64,000 nucleotides of DNA from NCBI RefSeq assembly GCF_018350175.1, contig NC_058368.1:155684001-155748000 (forward strand), read 5' to 3'. The first letter of the stretch is position 1. Each line of letters opens with the position of its first letter. The position numbers and the translations under genes were made by a program. This DNA is from Felis catus (Eukaryota). Shown one piece after another: positions 40,671 through 53,519 of this stretch. The notes beneath the pieces are model-generated. The model had not been told where the DNA came from, ran no database searches, and was given only the letters and a program-made list of their open reading frames with translations.

Positions 40671-40699
40671 ATTCCAACACTAAAAAAAAATTGGTAAGG

Positions 40700-41870
40700 G
40701 TGGGCATGGTGGAAAATTCCCAACAAGTAGACTACTCCTATTGCCTACAGTGAAGCTCAAACATTATAAGCCCTACTAATACGCTTAGAGGTTCCAATTA
40801 GCTTTTTAATTCCCACTAATAAACATTAACAGACAACCACACGTAATAAGACACCTGAAGAAAGGCTTTAATACAAAATATAGAGACCAGGATAGAAAAA
40901 AGCAATTTGGAAGAAACAAAGACTTTGATGAAAGAGGAAAATTTCAAAAACACTGCCATTAGCTTTAGAGAGATCACAGAAGATAATACATGCATAAAAG
41001 AAATGTACTATTAAAAAGAGATATTCAAAGAATAAAAAGAGTTCTTTCAAATTAAAAGCAAAACATCTGAAAAAAAATTTCAGTAGAGGGGTTAGATGAT
41101 TAAGTTAAGGGAATCTCCCAGAAGCAAAAGATATGAAAAATAGAAAAGCAGAAAGTCCAATGATAAGTCTAAGAGATTCATCATTCCAAAATAGTTCTAG
41201 AAAGAAAAAGACAAAACGTAAGGGAAGAAATCAACAACAAAATATTTAAGAACATTTTCAGAACACTAGCTGATAGATTGTAAAGGCTGACAAAATACCC
41301 TGCATAAAGGATGAATGAGATCTATATAGAGGCATACCAGTGTGAAATTTAGAACTCAGGAATGAAGAGAAGATTCTATAAGTTTCAAGAAAGAAAACTA
41401 AATGATTAGGATTCAGCACAATATTGGACTTTTCAATAGTAATTGGAGAATCAAGAGCATGATAAAAAATTTCTCCAAAATTCAAAAGGAAAATAATATC
41501 CAACTCATAATCCTATACCCAGCCAAAATATCATCAAATATAAATGTAAGATGAAAACTTTTTCAAACACACAAAGATGAAAAAAATAGTATCTCATTAC
41601 TCTCTTCTAAAGAAACAACTAGAAGATGTGCTCCTTCAAAGTAAGAAATAAAATAAGAAAGATGAAAAAAATAGTATCTCATTACTCTCTTCTAAAGAAA
41701 CAACTAGAAGATGTGCTCCTTCAAAGTAAGAAATAAAATAAGAAAGATGAAGACATGAACTATAGGAAATAGAAGAAATAATACAAGAAAGTGACAAAGG
41801 GAGTCTTCAAAAGAAAATGATAAAGCAAGATTCCAGAATGATAGCTGTACATCAGATGCAGTGGGCAACC
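40700..41870 (+). mobile_element. Very old L1 (L1ME-type) 5'/ORF1 region
   Basis: A-rich ORF1-like tract with aatcctatacccagccaaaatatcatca (ILYPAKxS motif). Confidence 0.7.
41573..41751. repeat. Perfect 85-bp tandem duplication plus 9-bp terminal microhomology
   Basis: 41573-41657 is identical to 41658-41742, and aaagatgaa recurs at 41743-41751. Confidence 0.97.
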
Positions 41871-42459
41871 GGATCAGGAGGTAGTGGTGGGACTTATGAG
41901 GCAGATATGCTAAGGACTGTCATCACCATGGCCCCCATTAACACTTCATCATCATCCTAAGACATAATGACCCAACGGTCCAAACCTAGATTGCTATTTG
42001 TATTCGGCTTTTCCTAACCATATGTGGATGAGATTCTTGTCTCCTGTTTATGATCTGTTGTTGTTTCAGCTGAGGGCACTGAATATACCTCACAAAAGTA
42101 TTGTGCTTTCACTAAACTACAAGCTAGAGGTAGATCATGGGAAGCTGAGAAATAGGAAATACAGAGCAGCACATTTCTTCTAGCCATTTTCATGCTGATT
42201 TTCTCTGCTACATGCTCCAACTATAGAAAGTAATGTTTTTCAAGACAACATTGTTCCTTGACTTTCCTGTAAAAGAGCTATTGTAAATGTTGAGGGAAGC
42301 TGAGGTCAGAGCACAATCCAAGTATCTGTTCAGCTTACCTTCTATTAAGGGCTTTCATTTACACTAACAATATTTTCCTATCTTTGCATAACTGCATCTG
42401 TGCTTGCTGCTCAGTATTTCCAGTTGAACAACACATTATTTATGAATACATACAGTAAT

Positions 42460-42871
42460 GGTGGTAGTTTTACTGTAAGGTACGGCTCAGTACCCCAAAT
42501 GCTGACCCCACGAAATTGAAGACCTCATCCCCCCATCTGCTTTGAGTGTTGATGGCTGACAGCTCTTGCAGCCAAGCACCTTTCTCCTGTTATTGATTTC
42601 CTGGGAAGGGAACCACCATATCCAAGATTATACCTCCTTCTTAGAGGGCAACTGCTTTGAATGGCTGGTTAGTGCTGGGGAATAAGGGCCTAGCTCCCTT
42701 GCCCCAGTTTGGGAGAACTATCTTTGCTCCCTTTGAAGACTAGCTATGATTCCTTCAATTCTCTAAAGCTGTTTATCCTGAGAATAATCCCCAGTAAATC
42801 TCCCACTGGCTCATTAGATCATTATGCTCATCTTTCCATCAATCTGCTTCTAAGGGAATCTGATCTATGAC
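42460..42871 (+). mobile_element. LTR16-like ERVL 5' LTR
   Basis: gaagacctcatccccccatctgc...ggctgacagctc...ccttgccccagtttgggagaact...tctgcttctaagggaatctgatctatgaca. Confidence 0.78.
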
Positions 42872-44690
42872 AGTTGGTTCCAGTGTCTGGTCTTAAAAAG
42901 GTGACTCTAAGGTATAAATTTTGGAGATAAATTACCTGTCCACCGGCTAGCTGGCAACAAGACTTCAATGCCTGTAGTAGGTGGAATACTGACAAACCCT
43001 GGCATGCAGTAGCAGTGCAACCATTAAAAACTTTCAGCAATAATGAACTAGAAGTATATACTGGCAGAAAGGAATACACCAGCAGGTACATGCATTGGCA
43101 TTGAAAAGTATATCATTATAAGGACTATAGGATTGGATGGTTATTTCCAAGGGCAATAGATGCTTTGTAAACAAAACAAAACAAGATAAAAGGCTGAGAG
43201 TGATTAATTAGCACAAGACTAACAGTGAAAGCCAGAGAATTTCCATAGCATCATGTAGAGATACTCTCACCTTCTGCAGCAGGAAGGCAAAAGACGCTAA
43301 GGACTAGGCCCAGTATTTTTATGATAGAAGTAGAGCTCGGGAGAAAGCTGGATTCTCAGATGTACAATACAGGGTTAGAGCCCTAATTCACAAGGAGTGG
43401 AACCCTGAGCCAAGGAGTGGAGGCATCTACATCTTTTAAGTCCCCAGATTCCCTTGAACCTTCAAAGCTTACAGAAGTAGCCCATGCCTCTGTGTTAAAG
43501 GCTTGTGCATGCTTGAAGACCATGCAGAAGCTACTGCTTTTGCCAGACAACATGTGCTCCCTTGACCCCCGCTCTCACTTCCACTTCTGGTCCTATGTCA
43601 ATAACTGGGATTAAGTCATTGTATACCCTATCCAGGGAAGTGCTGGGTCTCCTAAGAGAGGAAAGGGACTACCCCATGAAGGAGTTGCAAGACTTAGTCT
43701 ATACTTACAGGCAGGAGCAAAGGAGTGTATATGGGACTGAATTCTGAACATGCTGGATCAAGGAGGATACAACATTCAGTTGGATAAGGAGAGTTCATTG
43801 ATACATAAGCACTGTCTCAGGATATAGGATTTAACATCTGTTTAATTTTTCTATTGCTGCCGTAACACAATGCCTCAAATTTAGTGGCTTAAAACAACAC
43901 AAATGTATTATCTTATATTTCTGTATGTTGGAAGTCTGACATAGGTCACCCTGGGCTACAATCAAGGGGTCCTTTCTGAAGGTTTTAATGGAAAATCCAT
44001 TTCCTTGCCTTTTCTAGCTTCCGGAGGCTGCCCCTTTGGCTTACAGCTTCCTTCTTCCATCTTAAAGTCAGCAGCCTTGCATCATTCTGACCATTCTTCC
44101 ATAGTTATATCTCCTTTTCCACTCACACTTTTGCTTCCCTCTTCTACTTTTAAGAACTTGAATGATTATATCAGGCCCACCTAATTAATCTAGGACAATC
44201 TCCTTATTTTGAGGTCCTTAATGTTAATCATATCTGCATTTTTTTTTTTTTTGGCCATGTAAAATAACATACTTACAGGTTCTAGGGATTAGAATGTGGG
44301 CATCTTTGGAAGACACTATTCTGCCTACCACAACATCCTAGCAAGAATTCAGAGATTGTTATAATTCCTTGCAAAGTAACTCTTGGAAGCCTGAAGAAAG
44401 TAAAGACACACACTAAGTGAAGACCTTGTACCACGTGATCACTTACAAGAGAGTAGCCACCACAGAAGAGGCAATAAACAACCGAGAAGACAGGAAGACT
44501 CAGCCAGTTTACATCTGTCAGATTCTGATACTGGCTAACTTAGAGCTGGCACACTCAGTGCATGAATGGAGAAACCACAGTAGCAAAGATAGATGTGATG
44601 TATAGGCCCACAAGCATACATACAATTCACTTACCAAGGTTGATCTAGCTACTACCATCTAATGAATAACTCAGTACGGTGAGAAGCAAG
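42872..44690 (+). mobile_element. ERVL-class internal region (ERV3-16A3-like, gag side), interrupted by MLT1D
   Basis: Begins gttggt directly after the LTR. ERVL gag-like tracts (ccctggcatgcagtagcag; gctggatcaaggagga; ggataaggagagttcattgata; ggatttaaca) resume after the MaLR insertion. Confidence 0.7.
43839..44332 (-). mobile_element. MLT1D-like MaLR solo LTR
   Basis: TG...CA ends and ctattgctgccgtaaca...ttagtggcttaaaacaacac...tattctgcctaccaca. Perfect 5-bp TSD acatc at 43834-43838 and 44333-44337. Confidence 0.92.
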
Positions 44691-44702
44691 AGAAATACCT
44701 TT

Positions 44703-44705
<3 letters not shown>

Positions 44706-44754
<49 letters not shown>
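44706..44754. repeat. (TG)n microsatellite
   Basis: Pure TG repeat of about 24 units. Confidence 0.98.
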
Positions 44755-44755
<1 letters not shown>

Positions 44756-47633
44756 GGGGAGGGGATAAGGATTAGAAGACTATTTTATAACCCTAAAGGT
44801 AATTAGCATTATGATAGCACATTGAAGACATGTCAAGCATTCCAGACAGCATGGTCTAGAACATTCTCTATAAACAAAATGGTATAGTCAGAAGCTAAGT
44901 ATGACTCACAGGATCTATATCTGAATCTAAAGCTACAATTATGATATAGCAAAAACTCATGTCAACCTGTGCCATCAAGAAAAGGTTAAATTATTTTCAG
45001 TATGCATTCCATACGTAGCACATTTTGTAGAAATTTGGGGGATGAAGGGAGGTAATTAGGGAAGCAGGGATTTCCTGGGGGTCCTGGAGAGCTTTTGTGC
45101 GGGGAGGGCAAGTACTTTTAGTCATCGTGGATCAAATGTAAATGCCTATGATTTGATATCTCTGCTTTGTAAGATACGTTAACCAGATGATTTGTCTGTG
45201 ATTATACTTGAAAAACAAGACGTGTAAACTGTCTCCAAAGAATTAATAATTTAAAAACTATGCAAAGATTATTTACAATTGCCAGAGACAATATATTTAT
45301 ACACCCACACATATGCATGTTCGTTCTCTCTCTCTCAGACTTCAGTTCTTATCCAGACAGCGCTGTTTAACCAGCTTTGTCTTAGAGTGATTACTTACTC
45401 TTTTGGATGCTCAAAATCCTCAGTTGTACATGAGAGGTTAGTCTGGGAAACCTTTAAAACTGTACCTTTTCCCAATAAAATAGAACAAAAACTTTGGGAA
45501 CAAAGAGAATCTGGGTTGCTATCTCATAGGGTACAGATAGGGAGGTCGAACAGATGTAAAGTAAAAAGCCTGGCAAACAGCATGTAACAAATGTTTTACC
45601 TGCAAGATATACTGCAAAACTGTAAGTTATTTATGTACTTGCAATGGCTATTTACTGTTATAAATGAACTTCTTAAAACACCTTGAAAATATACTGATAA
45701 AAACTATATTAATTAAAACATATTGTAACTTCCCTATTATAAAACCTAATTCATTCAAACAAATTTGGATATTCTAAATTTGTGAAAAATTTGAGCTGAA
45801 GTAGTATTTTAGTCTTTAATTTAATCTTAATTCTGGTGTAGTTAACATACTGCGCTTTTTAAGTTTCAGGTACACAACACAGTGATTCAACAGTTCAATC
45901 CATTACGCAGTGCTCATAAGATGAGTTTACTCTTAACCCCCTACACCTATTTCACCCATTACCCCATGCACCCTCCCGCTGGTAGCCATCTGTTTGTTCT
46001 CTACAATTAAGAGTTTGTTTTGTTGGTTTGTCTCTTTTTTCTCTCCCCTTGTTTTATTTCTTAAATTCCAAATATGAATAGCATCATATGGTATTTGTCT
46101 TTCTTTGGCTGGCTTATTTCACTTAGCATTATACTCTCTAGATCCACCCATGTTGCTTCAAATAGCAAGACTGAATTATTTTTAATGGCTGAATAATATT
46201 CCATCCATTGTACATGTATACCGCTTCTTCTCTATGCATTCATCTATCAATGGACACTTGCGCTGCTTCCATAATTTGGCTACTGTAAATAATGCTGCAG
46301 TAAACACAGAGCTGCATACATCTCTTTGAATTAGTGCCTTCATATACTTTAAGTAAATACTCTGCATTGCAATCAATGGATTGTAGGGTAGTTATATTGT
46401 TAAATAGTGGCTGTGCCAGTTTGCATTCCCACCAACAGTGCACGAAGCTTTCTTTTTCTCCATACCCTCGCCAAAACTTGTTGTTTCTTGTGTTTTTGAT
46501 TTTAGCTTTTCCAACAGGTGTAGCGTGTAGGCTCATTGTGGTTTTGATTTGCATTTCCCTGATGAGTGATGTTAAGAATCTTTTCATGTGTCTTTTTGCC
46601 ATCTCTATGTCTTCTGTGCAGAAATGTCTATTCATGTTTTCTGCCCATTTTTTAAATTAGATTATTTGTTTTTTGGGTGTTGAGTTGTATAAATTCTTTA
46701 TATATCTTGGATATGAATGTTTTATTAAATATGTCATTTGCAAGTATTTTCTCTCATTCAGTTAGGTTCTCTTTTAGTTTTGCTGGTTGTTTCCTTGCTG
46801 TGCAGAAGCTTTTAATTTTGATGTATTGTGAATAGTTTAGTTTTGCTTTTATTTCTTTAGCCTCAGGAGACATATCCAGAAAGATGTTGCTATAGCTGAT
46901 ATCAGAGAAATTATTGCGTAGACTCTCTTCTAGGATTTTTGTGGTTTTATGTCTCACATTTACATACTTAATCCATTTATTTTTGTGTATGGTGAAAGAC
47001 AGTGGTCCAGTTACATTCTTTTGCATATAGCTGTCCAGTTTCCCCAACAACATTTGCTGAAGAGACTGTCTTTTTCCCATTGGATATTATTGCCTCCTCT
47101 GTCAAAGACTAATTGGCCATATAATTTTGGGTGTATTTCTGAGCTTTCTATTCTGTTCCATTGATCTATAGGTCTATTTTTGTGTCAGTACCATACTATT
47201 TTGATCACTACAGCTTTGTAATATAACTTGATGTCCAGAATTATGTTACCTAGCTTTTTCTTTTTCAAGATTGCTTTGGCTATTTGGGGTCTTTTGTGCT
47301 TCCATACAAATTTTAGGATGTTTTTTTCTAGTTCTGTGAAAAATGATGTTGGCATTTTGATAGGGATTGCATTAAACATATAGATTGTTTAGGTATTATG
47401 GACACTTTAGCAATAGTTGTTCTTCCAATCCATGAGCATCAAATATCTTTCCATTTCTTTGTATCATCTTCAATTTCTTTCACTAATGTTTTAGAGTTTT
47501 CAGAGTACAGGTCTTTCACCTCTTTGGTTAAGTTTATTTCTAGGTATTTTATTATTTTTGGTGTAAATATAAATAGGATTTTCTCAATTTCTGTTACATT
47601 ATTATTAGGGGACAGAAATACTATGGATTTCTG

Positions 47634-47836
47634 AATGGGTGACAGGCATTGAGGAGGGCACTTTGTGGGATGAGCACGGGGTATTGTATGTAAGAGATGA
47701 ATCATGGGAATCTACTCCCGAAACCCAGAGCACAGTGTATACACTGTATGTTAGCTAACTAGACAATAAATTATATTTAAAAAAGAAAAATTCAGATTCT
47801 CATAAAGAAAATAAAAATTACTTGAATATTAGAAAA
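47634..47836 (+). mobile_element. Short nested L1 3' end with probable 3' transduction
   Basis: L1 3' UTR (gggtgacaggcattgaggagggcac...gacaataaattatattt) and an A tract, then about 42 bp of non-L1 sequence. Perfect TSD acagaaatactatggatttctg at 47612-47633 and 47837-47858. Confidence 0.93.
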
Positions 47837-48476
47837 ACAGAAATACTATGGATTTCTGTACATTGATTTTGTATCTTGCAACTTTAGTGAATTCATTTAT
47901 CAGTTCTAGTAGTTTTTTGGTGGTCTTTAGGGTTTGTTTTTTTTTTAATATATAGTATCATGCCATTTGCAAATAGTCAAAGTTTTACTTCCTCCTTACC
48001 AATCTGAATGCTGTTTACTTCTTTATCTTGCCTGAATACTATGACTAGGACTTCCAGTACTATGTTGAATAAAAGTAGTGAGTGGACATCCTTGTCTTGT
48101 TCCTGACCTTAGGGGAAAAGCTCCCAGTTTTCCTCTACTGAGTAAGATGTCAGCTGTATGTTTTTCATATTTATTACGTTGAAGTATGTTCCCTCAAAAC
48201 CTTTATTGTTTTTTTTTTATTATGAATGGATGTTATACTTTGTCAAATGCTTTTTCCTAAATCTATCAAAAATGATCATACAGTTTAATGATCTTATTGA
48301 TGTGATGTATTATGATTGATTTGCAAATGCTGAATTGCCCTTAACATCCTAGCAGTAAATCCCACTTGACTGTGGTAATGATTTTTTTTTTTTTTTTGAG
48401 TGTATTGTTGCATTCGGTTTGCCAGTATTTTGTTGAGGATTTTCACATCTATGTTCATCAGAGACACTGGGCTGTA

Positions 48477-48478
<2 letters not shown>

Positions 48479-48514
<36 letters not shown>
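48479..48514. repeat. (CT)n microsatellite inside L1
   Basis: Pure TC repeat of about 18 units. Confidence 0.95.
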
Positions 48515-48518
<4 letters not shown>

Positions 48519-48595
48519 ATGTGTTTTAATCTTGTTTTTGTATCAGGTAATACTGAACTCATACAATGAATTTGGCAGTTTTCTTTCCTCTTGTA

Positions 48596-49144
48596 TTTTT
48601 TTTCAATATATGAAGTTTATTGTCAAATTGGTTTCCATACAACTCCCAGTGCTCATCCCAAAAGGTGCCCTCCTCAATACCCATCACCCACCCTCTCCTC
48701 CCTCCCACCCCCCATCAACCCTCAGTTTGTTCTCAGTTTTTAAGAGTCTCTTATGCTTTGGCTCTCTCTGACCTCAGCCATAGCAATTTCTTACTTGACA
48801 CATCCCCAAAGGCAAGGGAATTAAAAGCAAAAATGAACTACTGGGACCTTATGAAGATAAAAAGCTTCTGCACAGCAAAGGAAACAACCAACAAAACTAA
48901 AAGGCAACCAACGGAATGGGAAAAGATATTTGCAAATGACATATCGGACAAAGGGCTAGTATCCAAAATCCATAAAGAGCTCACCAAACTCCACACCCGA
49001 AAAACAAATAATCCAGTGAAGAAATGGGCAGAAAACATGAATAGACTCTTCTCTAAAGAAGACATCCCGATGGCCAACAGGCACATGAAAAGATGCTCAA
49101 CATCGCTCCTCATCAGGGAAATACAAATCAAAACCACACTCAGA
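48596..49144 (-). mobile_element. Young L1_Fc-type insertion with 5' inversion (twin priming)
   Basis: 48596-48769 is poly(T) plus antisense L1 3' end. 48770-49144 is sense, stop-free ORF2 (SNFLLDTSPKARELKAK...[11 protein letters not shown]). TSD tttcctcttgta at 48584-48595 and 49145-49156. Confidence 0.95.
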
Positions 49145-49686
49145 TTTCCTCTTGTAGTTTCTGAAAAAAGTTTGAGAGAGGAAGTATTAATTCTTTTTTA
49201 AAAGTTTGGTAGAATTTACCTGTGAAGCCATCTGGTGATAGACTTTTGTTCAGTGGGAGTTCCTTGATTACTAATTCAATTTTATTGCTGGTAATTGGTC
49301 TGTTCAAATTTTGTCTCTTCCTCCTTCAGAGTTGATAGGTTATATGTTTCTAGGAACTTATCCATTTCTTCTAGGTTGTCCAATTTGTTAGCATATAATT
49401 TTTCATAACATTCACTTATAATCCTTTGTATTTCTCTGGTATTGGTTGTTATTTCTACCCTTTCATTTGTGTTTTTATTTGAGTATTTTCTTTCCCCACC
49501 CCCCACCCCCCTTTTTTTTTTCTTTTTGACAAGTCTGGTAAAATTTTATGAATTTTGTAGATTTTTGCAAAGAACCAGCTCCTGGTTTCATTGATCCAAT
49601 ATTATTATTATTTTTATTATTTATTATCATTATTTTTTAGTTTCTATATAATTTACTTCTACTCTTCTATTATTTCCCTCCTGCTG

Positions 49687-49745
49687 GTTTGGTTTTTTTG
49701 TTTTGTTTTGTTTTGTTTTGTTTTGTTTTTGTTTTGTTTTGTTTT
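49687..49745. repeat. (GTTTT)n repeat inside L1
   Basis: Directly visible pentanucleotide run. Confidence 0.9.
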
Positions 49746-51067
49746 TCTTTTTCTAGCTCCTTTACATGTAAGATTAGGTTATTTGAGATTTTCTTGCTTC
49801 TTGGGGTAGGCCTATCTTGCTACAAACTTCCCCTCTTAGAACCACTTTGCCTTATCAAAGAGATTTTGTACAATTGTTTTTCATTTTTCTCCACGTAATT
49901 TTTTATTTCTTCTTTGATTTCTTGGTTGATCCATTTATTTAGTAGCATGTTATTTAAGTTCTTTCCAGATTTTTTTCTTACAGTTGATTTCTAGCCTCAT
50001 AGTATTTCAGAAAAGAAGCATGGAATGACTTCGATGTCTCTGGATTTGTTGAGACTTGTTTTGTAGCCTAATATGTGATCTATTTTGGAGAATGTTCCAT
50101 GTGCACATGAAAAGAATGTGTATTCTGCTGTTTTAGGATGGAATGCTCTGAATGTAATTGTTAAATCCATCTGGTCTAGTGTCATTCAAAGTCACTCTTT
50201 CCTTGTCTATTTTATGTTTAGCTGGTCTGTACATTGATGTAGGTAAGATTCTCTATTATTGTATTAGTATTTATTAGTTCCTTTATGCTTGTTATTAATT
50301 GTTTTATGCATTCTGGTGTTCATGTTGGGTGCAAAAATATTTACAACTATTATATCTTCTTGTTGGATTGTCCCCTTTATTATTATATAGTGTTCTTCTT
50401 TGTCTCTTGTTATGGTCTTTACTTTAAAGTCTGCTTTGTCCAATTTAAGTATAGGTACCTTGGCTTTCTTTTCATATCCCTTTACATGATGAATGTTTCT
50501 CCATCTCCTCACTTTCAGTTGTATGTGTTTCTAGATCTAAAATGAGTCTTTTGTGGGCAGCACATAGATGAGTCTTTTTTTTTTTTTTAAATCCATTCCA
50601 TCACTCTATGTCTTTTGATTGGAGGGTTTCGTCCATGTAAATTCAAAGTAATTATTGATAATCATGTATCTATTGCAATTTTGTTACTTATTTTGTGGTT
50701 GTTTTTGTAGTTCTTCGCTGATCCTTTCTTCTCTTATTCTCCTTCATGGTTTGCTGGCTTTCTTTAGTGAAAGGATTCCTTTCTCTTTATTTTTTGCATA
50801 TCTATTACTGGTTTTTGATTTGGGGTTACCATTAAGTTTGTATATTACAGTTTCTGCATATAGAAGTTTATATTAAGTTGACAGTCACTTAAGTTTGAGT
50901 CCATACTTTACCCCTTACCTCCTCACATTTTTCATATATGGTATTACATCCTTCCATTTTGTGAGTCCTTGACTGACTTTTACAGATATGCTTCTTTTCA
51001 CTATTTTGTGATTCCTACTTTTCTTACTCTAATAATGTTTTCCTTCCATTCAAAGAATCCCCATTAA

Positions 51068-51281
51068 AATTTTTTTTAATGTTTTTAACTTTTCTTTTTT
51101 AATTTATTTTTGAAAGAGAGAGTGTGAGCTGGGAAGAAGCAGAAAGCGAGGGGATGGAGGATACAAACTGGGCTCTGTGCTGACAGCAGTGAGCCTGATG
51201 CAGGGCTCGAAATCATGAACCATGAGATCATGACCTAAGCTGAAGCTGGATACATAACCAACCAAGCCACTCAGGTGCCCC
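51068..51281 (-). mobile_element. Can-SINE nested in L1 just after the ORF1 stop
   Basis: Reverse SINE ending gccactcaggtgcccc. Degenerate TSD ttcaaagaatccccattaa / tttaaagagtcccctttaa. Confidence 0.94.
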
Positions 51282-53032
51282 TTTAAAGAGTCCCCTTTAA
51301 CATTTCTTGTAGGGCTGGTTTAGTGGTCATGAACTCCTTTAACTTTTGTTTGCCGGGAAATTTTTTTTTTTCTCTCCTATTCTGAATGATAGCTTTATTG
51401 GATAGAGTATTCCTGGCTGTAATTTTTTTTTCTTTCAGCACTTTAAACTTATCATGCTGCTCCCTTCTGGCCTGCAAAATTTCCACTGAAAAATCCACTA
51501 ATAGCTTTGGTGGGGGGTGGGGGGGGGTTGGTTTCCCCTTGTTATGTAATAGTCTTCTCTTGGTGCTTTTAAAAATGTTCTTCCTTATCACTACTTTTTG
51601 CTATTTTAATTACTATGTGTCTTAGTGTGGAACTCCTCGGGTTGATTTTGTTGGATCATTTCTTACCTCTTGAATCTGGATAGGTTTCCTTCCCCAGATT
51701 CAGGAAGTTTTCAGCTATTATTTCTTCAAGTAAACTTTCTGTCCGCTTTTCTCTCCTTCTGGGATCCCTATAATGAGCACATTATTACCCTTGATGGTGC
51801 TTCTGAGACCTCTAAATCTATGCTCATTTCATATAACTGTTTTTTCTCACCTGCTTGGCTTGACTTCTTTCCATTACTCTATCTTCCAGGTCTATATTAC
51901 TTTCCTCTGCTTCCTCCAGCCTATTTATTCCACCTAGTGTCTTTTAAATTTTATTTAGTGTGTTCTTCATCTCTGATTGGCTTCTTTTTATATTTTCTGT
52001 GCCTTTGTTAAGGGCCTCACTGATGTCTTCCACTCTTTTCTCAAGTCCAGTGAGAATCATTATGATCATTACTTTAAATTCCCTATCAGGCATACTACTT
52101 ATATCCATTTCACTTAGGTTTCTTGCAGTGATTCTGTCCTGTTCTTTCATTTGGGACATATTCCTCTCTCTCATTTTGTCTAACTCTCTGTGTCTGTTTC
52201 TGTGTCAGCTACATCTCCTCCTCTTGAAAACAATGGCCTTATAAAGAAGAGGTCCTGGAATGCTCTGTAGTACAGTCCCATGTTCACCAGAACCTGGTGC
52301 TTCAGAAGTCTCTCCTATGTGCATTTCATGTGCACAATTGCTATGTCCTGGCTGCTTTCTCTTTCAGTTCAGTTGCCTGCAGAGACTTTCTTTTCCTGTG
52401 TGAGCAGTGTTTGGTCTCTGGGCAGGGTGGTGCAAGCAATTTTAACAAGGTGAACCTTGGGCTTCTGCAGGACCTGCTACCACCGCCGCAGTATGGTACA
52501 GGATCTGAGGCCCCACAAAGTATGCTGGTGGGAAGACATCTGTTGGCCACATTTGACTGGTTTTCTAGGGGAGGAGACTTGCAGCACCAGGACTAAGGCA
52601 AGCATGACTGGGAACGGTGTATCTTCAAAAGTGTGAGAGGGTGGAGCTTGAGACAAGCAAGTTAGGTAGTGAAATGTTGACACTGCACTGCTTCTTGAAG
52701 GTGACCATGTGTTTATGCTGGGGGTGGGGTGAGAGAGATGGTGCGTGGCAGCTCCTTTGTTCCTGGAGAAGTCCCTCCATGAACCTGACCCTCCAGGATG
52801 CACTCTGAGATGTGTAAATATCCTCCTATGTGCTCCAGGTGTTTTCCCAGACTGCTGTTTCTATGATGTATTTCTGGGGGGATGTTTGTTACACTGTCTT
52901 TTTAAGGGTGGAAAGTCAATGTCTTATTGCCATACAGGTCCTCCCAGAGCTGAGCCCTCTTATTTTTAAAATTCTAGGGTTTAAGTCCCTCTGGTTGTAT
53001 GGACTCACAAAATTTAGCCCCCCTCACTTTTT

Positions 53033-53076
53033 AAAAAATTTTTTAAATTATTTTTTTATGTTTATTTATTTTTGAC

Positions 53077-53107
<31 letters not shown>

Positions 53108-53278
53108 ATGAGCGGGGGGAGGGGCAGAGAGAGAGAGAGAGAGACACAGAATCTGAAACAGGCTCCAGGCTCTGAGCTGCCAGCACAGAGCCTGATGCGG
53201 GGCTCGAACTCACAGACCGTGAGATCATGACCTGAGCCGAAGTCAGACACTCAACCGACTGAGCCACCCAGGCGCCCC
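53033..53278 (-). mobile_element. Young Can-SINE (SINEC_Fc) nested in the L1 5' UTR
   Basis: Reverse SINE ending gagccacccaggcgcccc. TSD agcccccctcacttttt starting at 53016 and 53279. Confidence 0.97.
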
Positions 53279-53295
53279 AGCCCCCCTCACTTTTT

Positions 53296-53519
53296 AAAAA
53301 AATGTTTGTTTATTTATTTTTGAAGGAGAGACAGACAGAGTGTGAGCAGGGGAGGGGCAGAAGAGAGGGAGAAGAGAGACAGCATCTGAAGCAGGCTCCA
53401 GGCTCTGAGCTGTCAACACAGAGCCCTACATGGGGCTCAAACTCACAAGCTGTGAGATCATGACCTGAGCTGACATCAGATGCTTAACCACTTAACCGAC
53501 TGAACCACCCAGGTGTCCC
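53296..53519 (-). mobile_element. Older Can-SINE in tandem with the previous one
   Basis: Reverse SINE ending gaaccacccaggtgtccc, followed by the degenerate target copy gggccttctcactttta (53521-53537). Confidence 0.95.

Noticed and set aside
41573..41751. Repeat as a CRISPR-like or satellite array
   Set aside because: Only two abutting copies with no spacers, in a eukaryotic context.
48620..49201. Longest ORF in the track (193 aa) as a novel gene
   Set aside because: It is a chimera reading through antisense L1 3' UTR into the inverted ORF2 arm of the twin-primed L1. It starts at a non-ATG codon and has no gene context.
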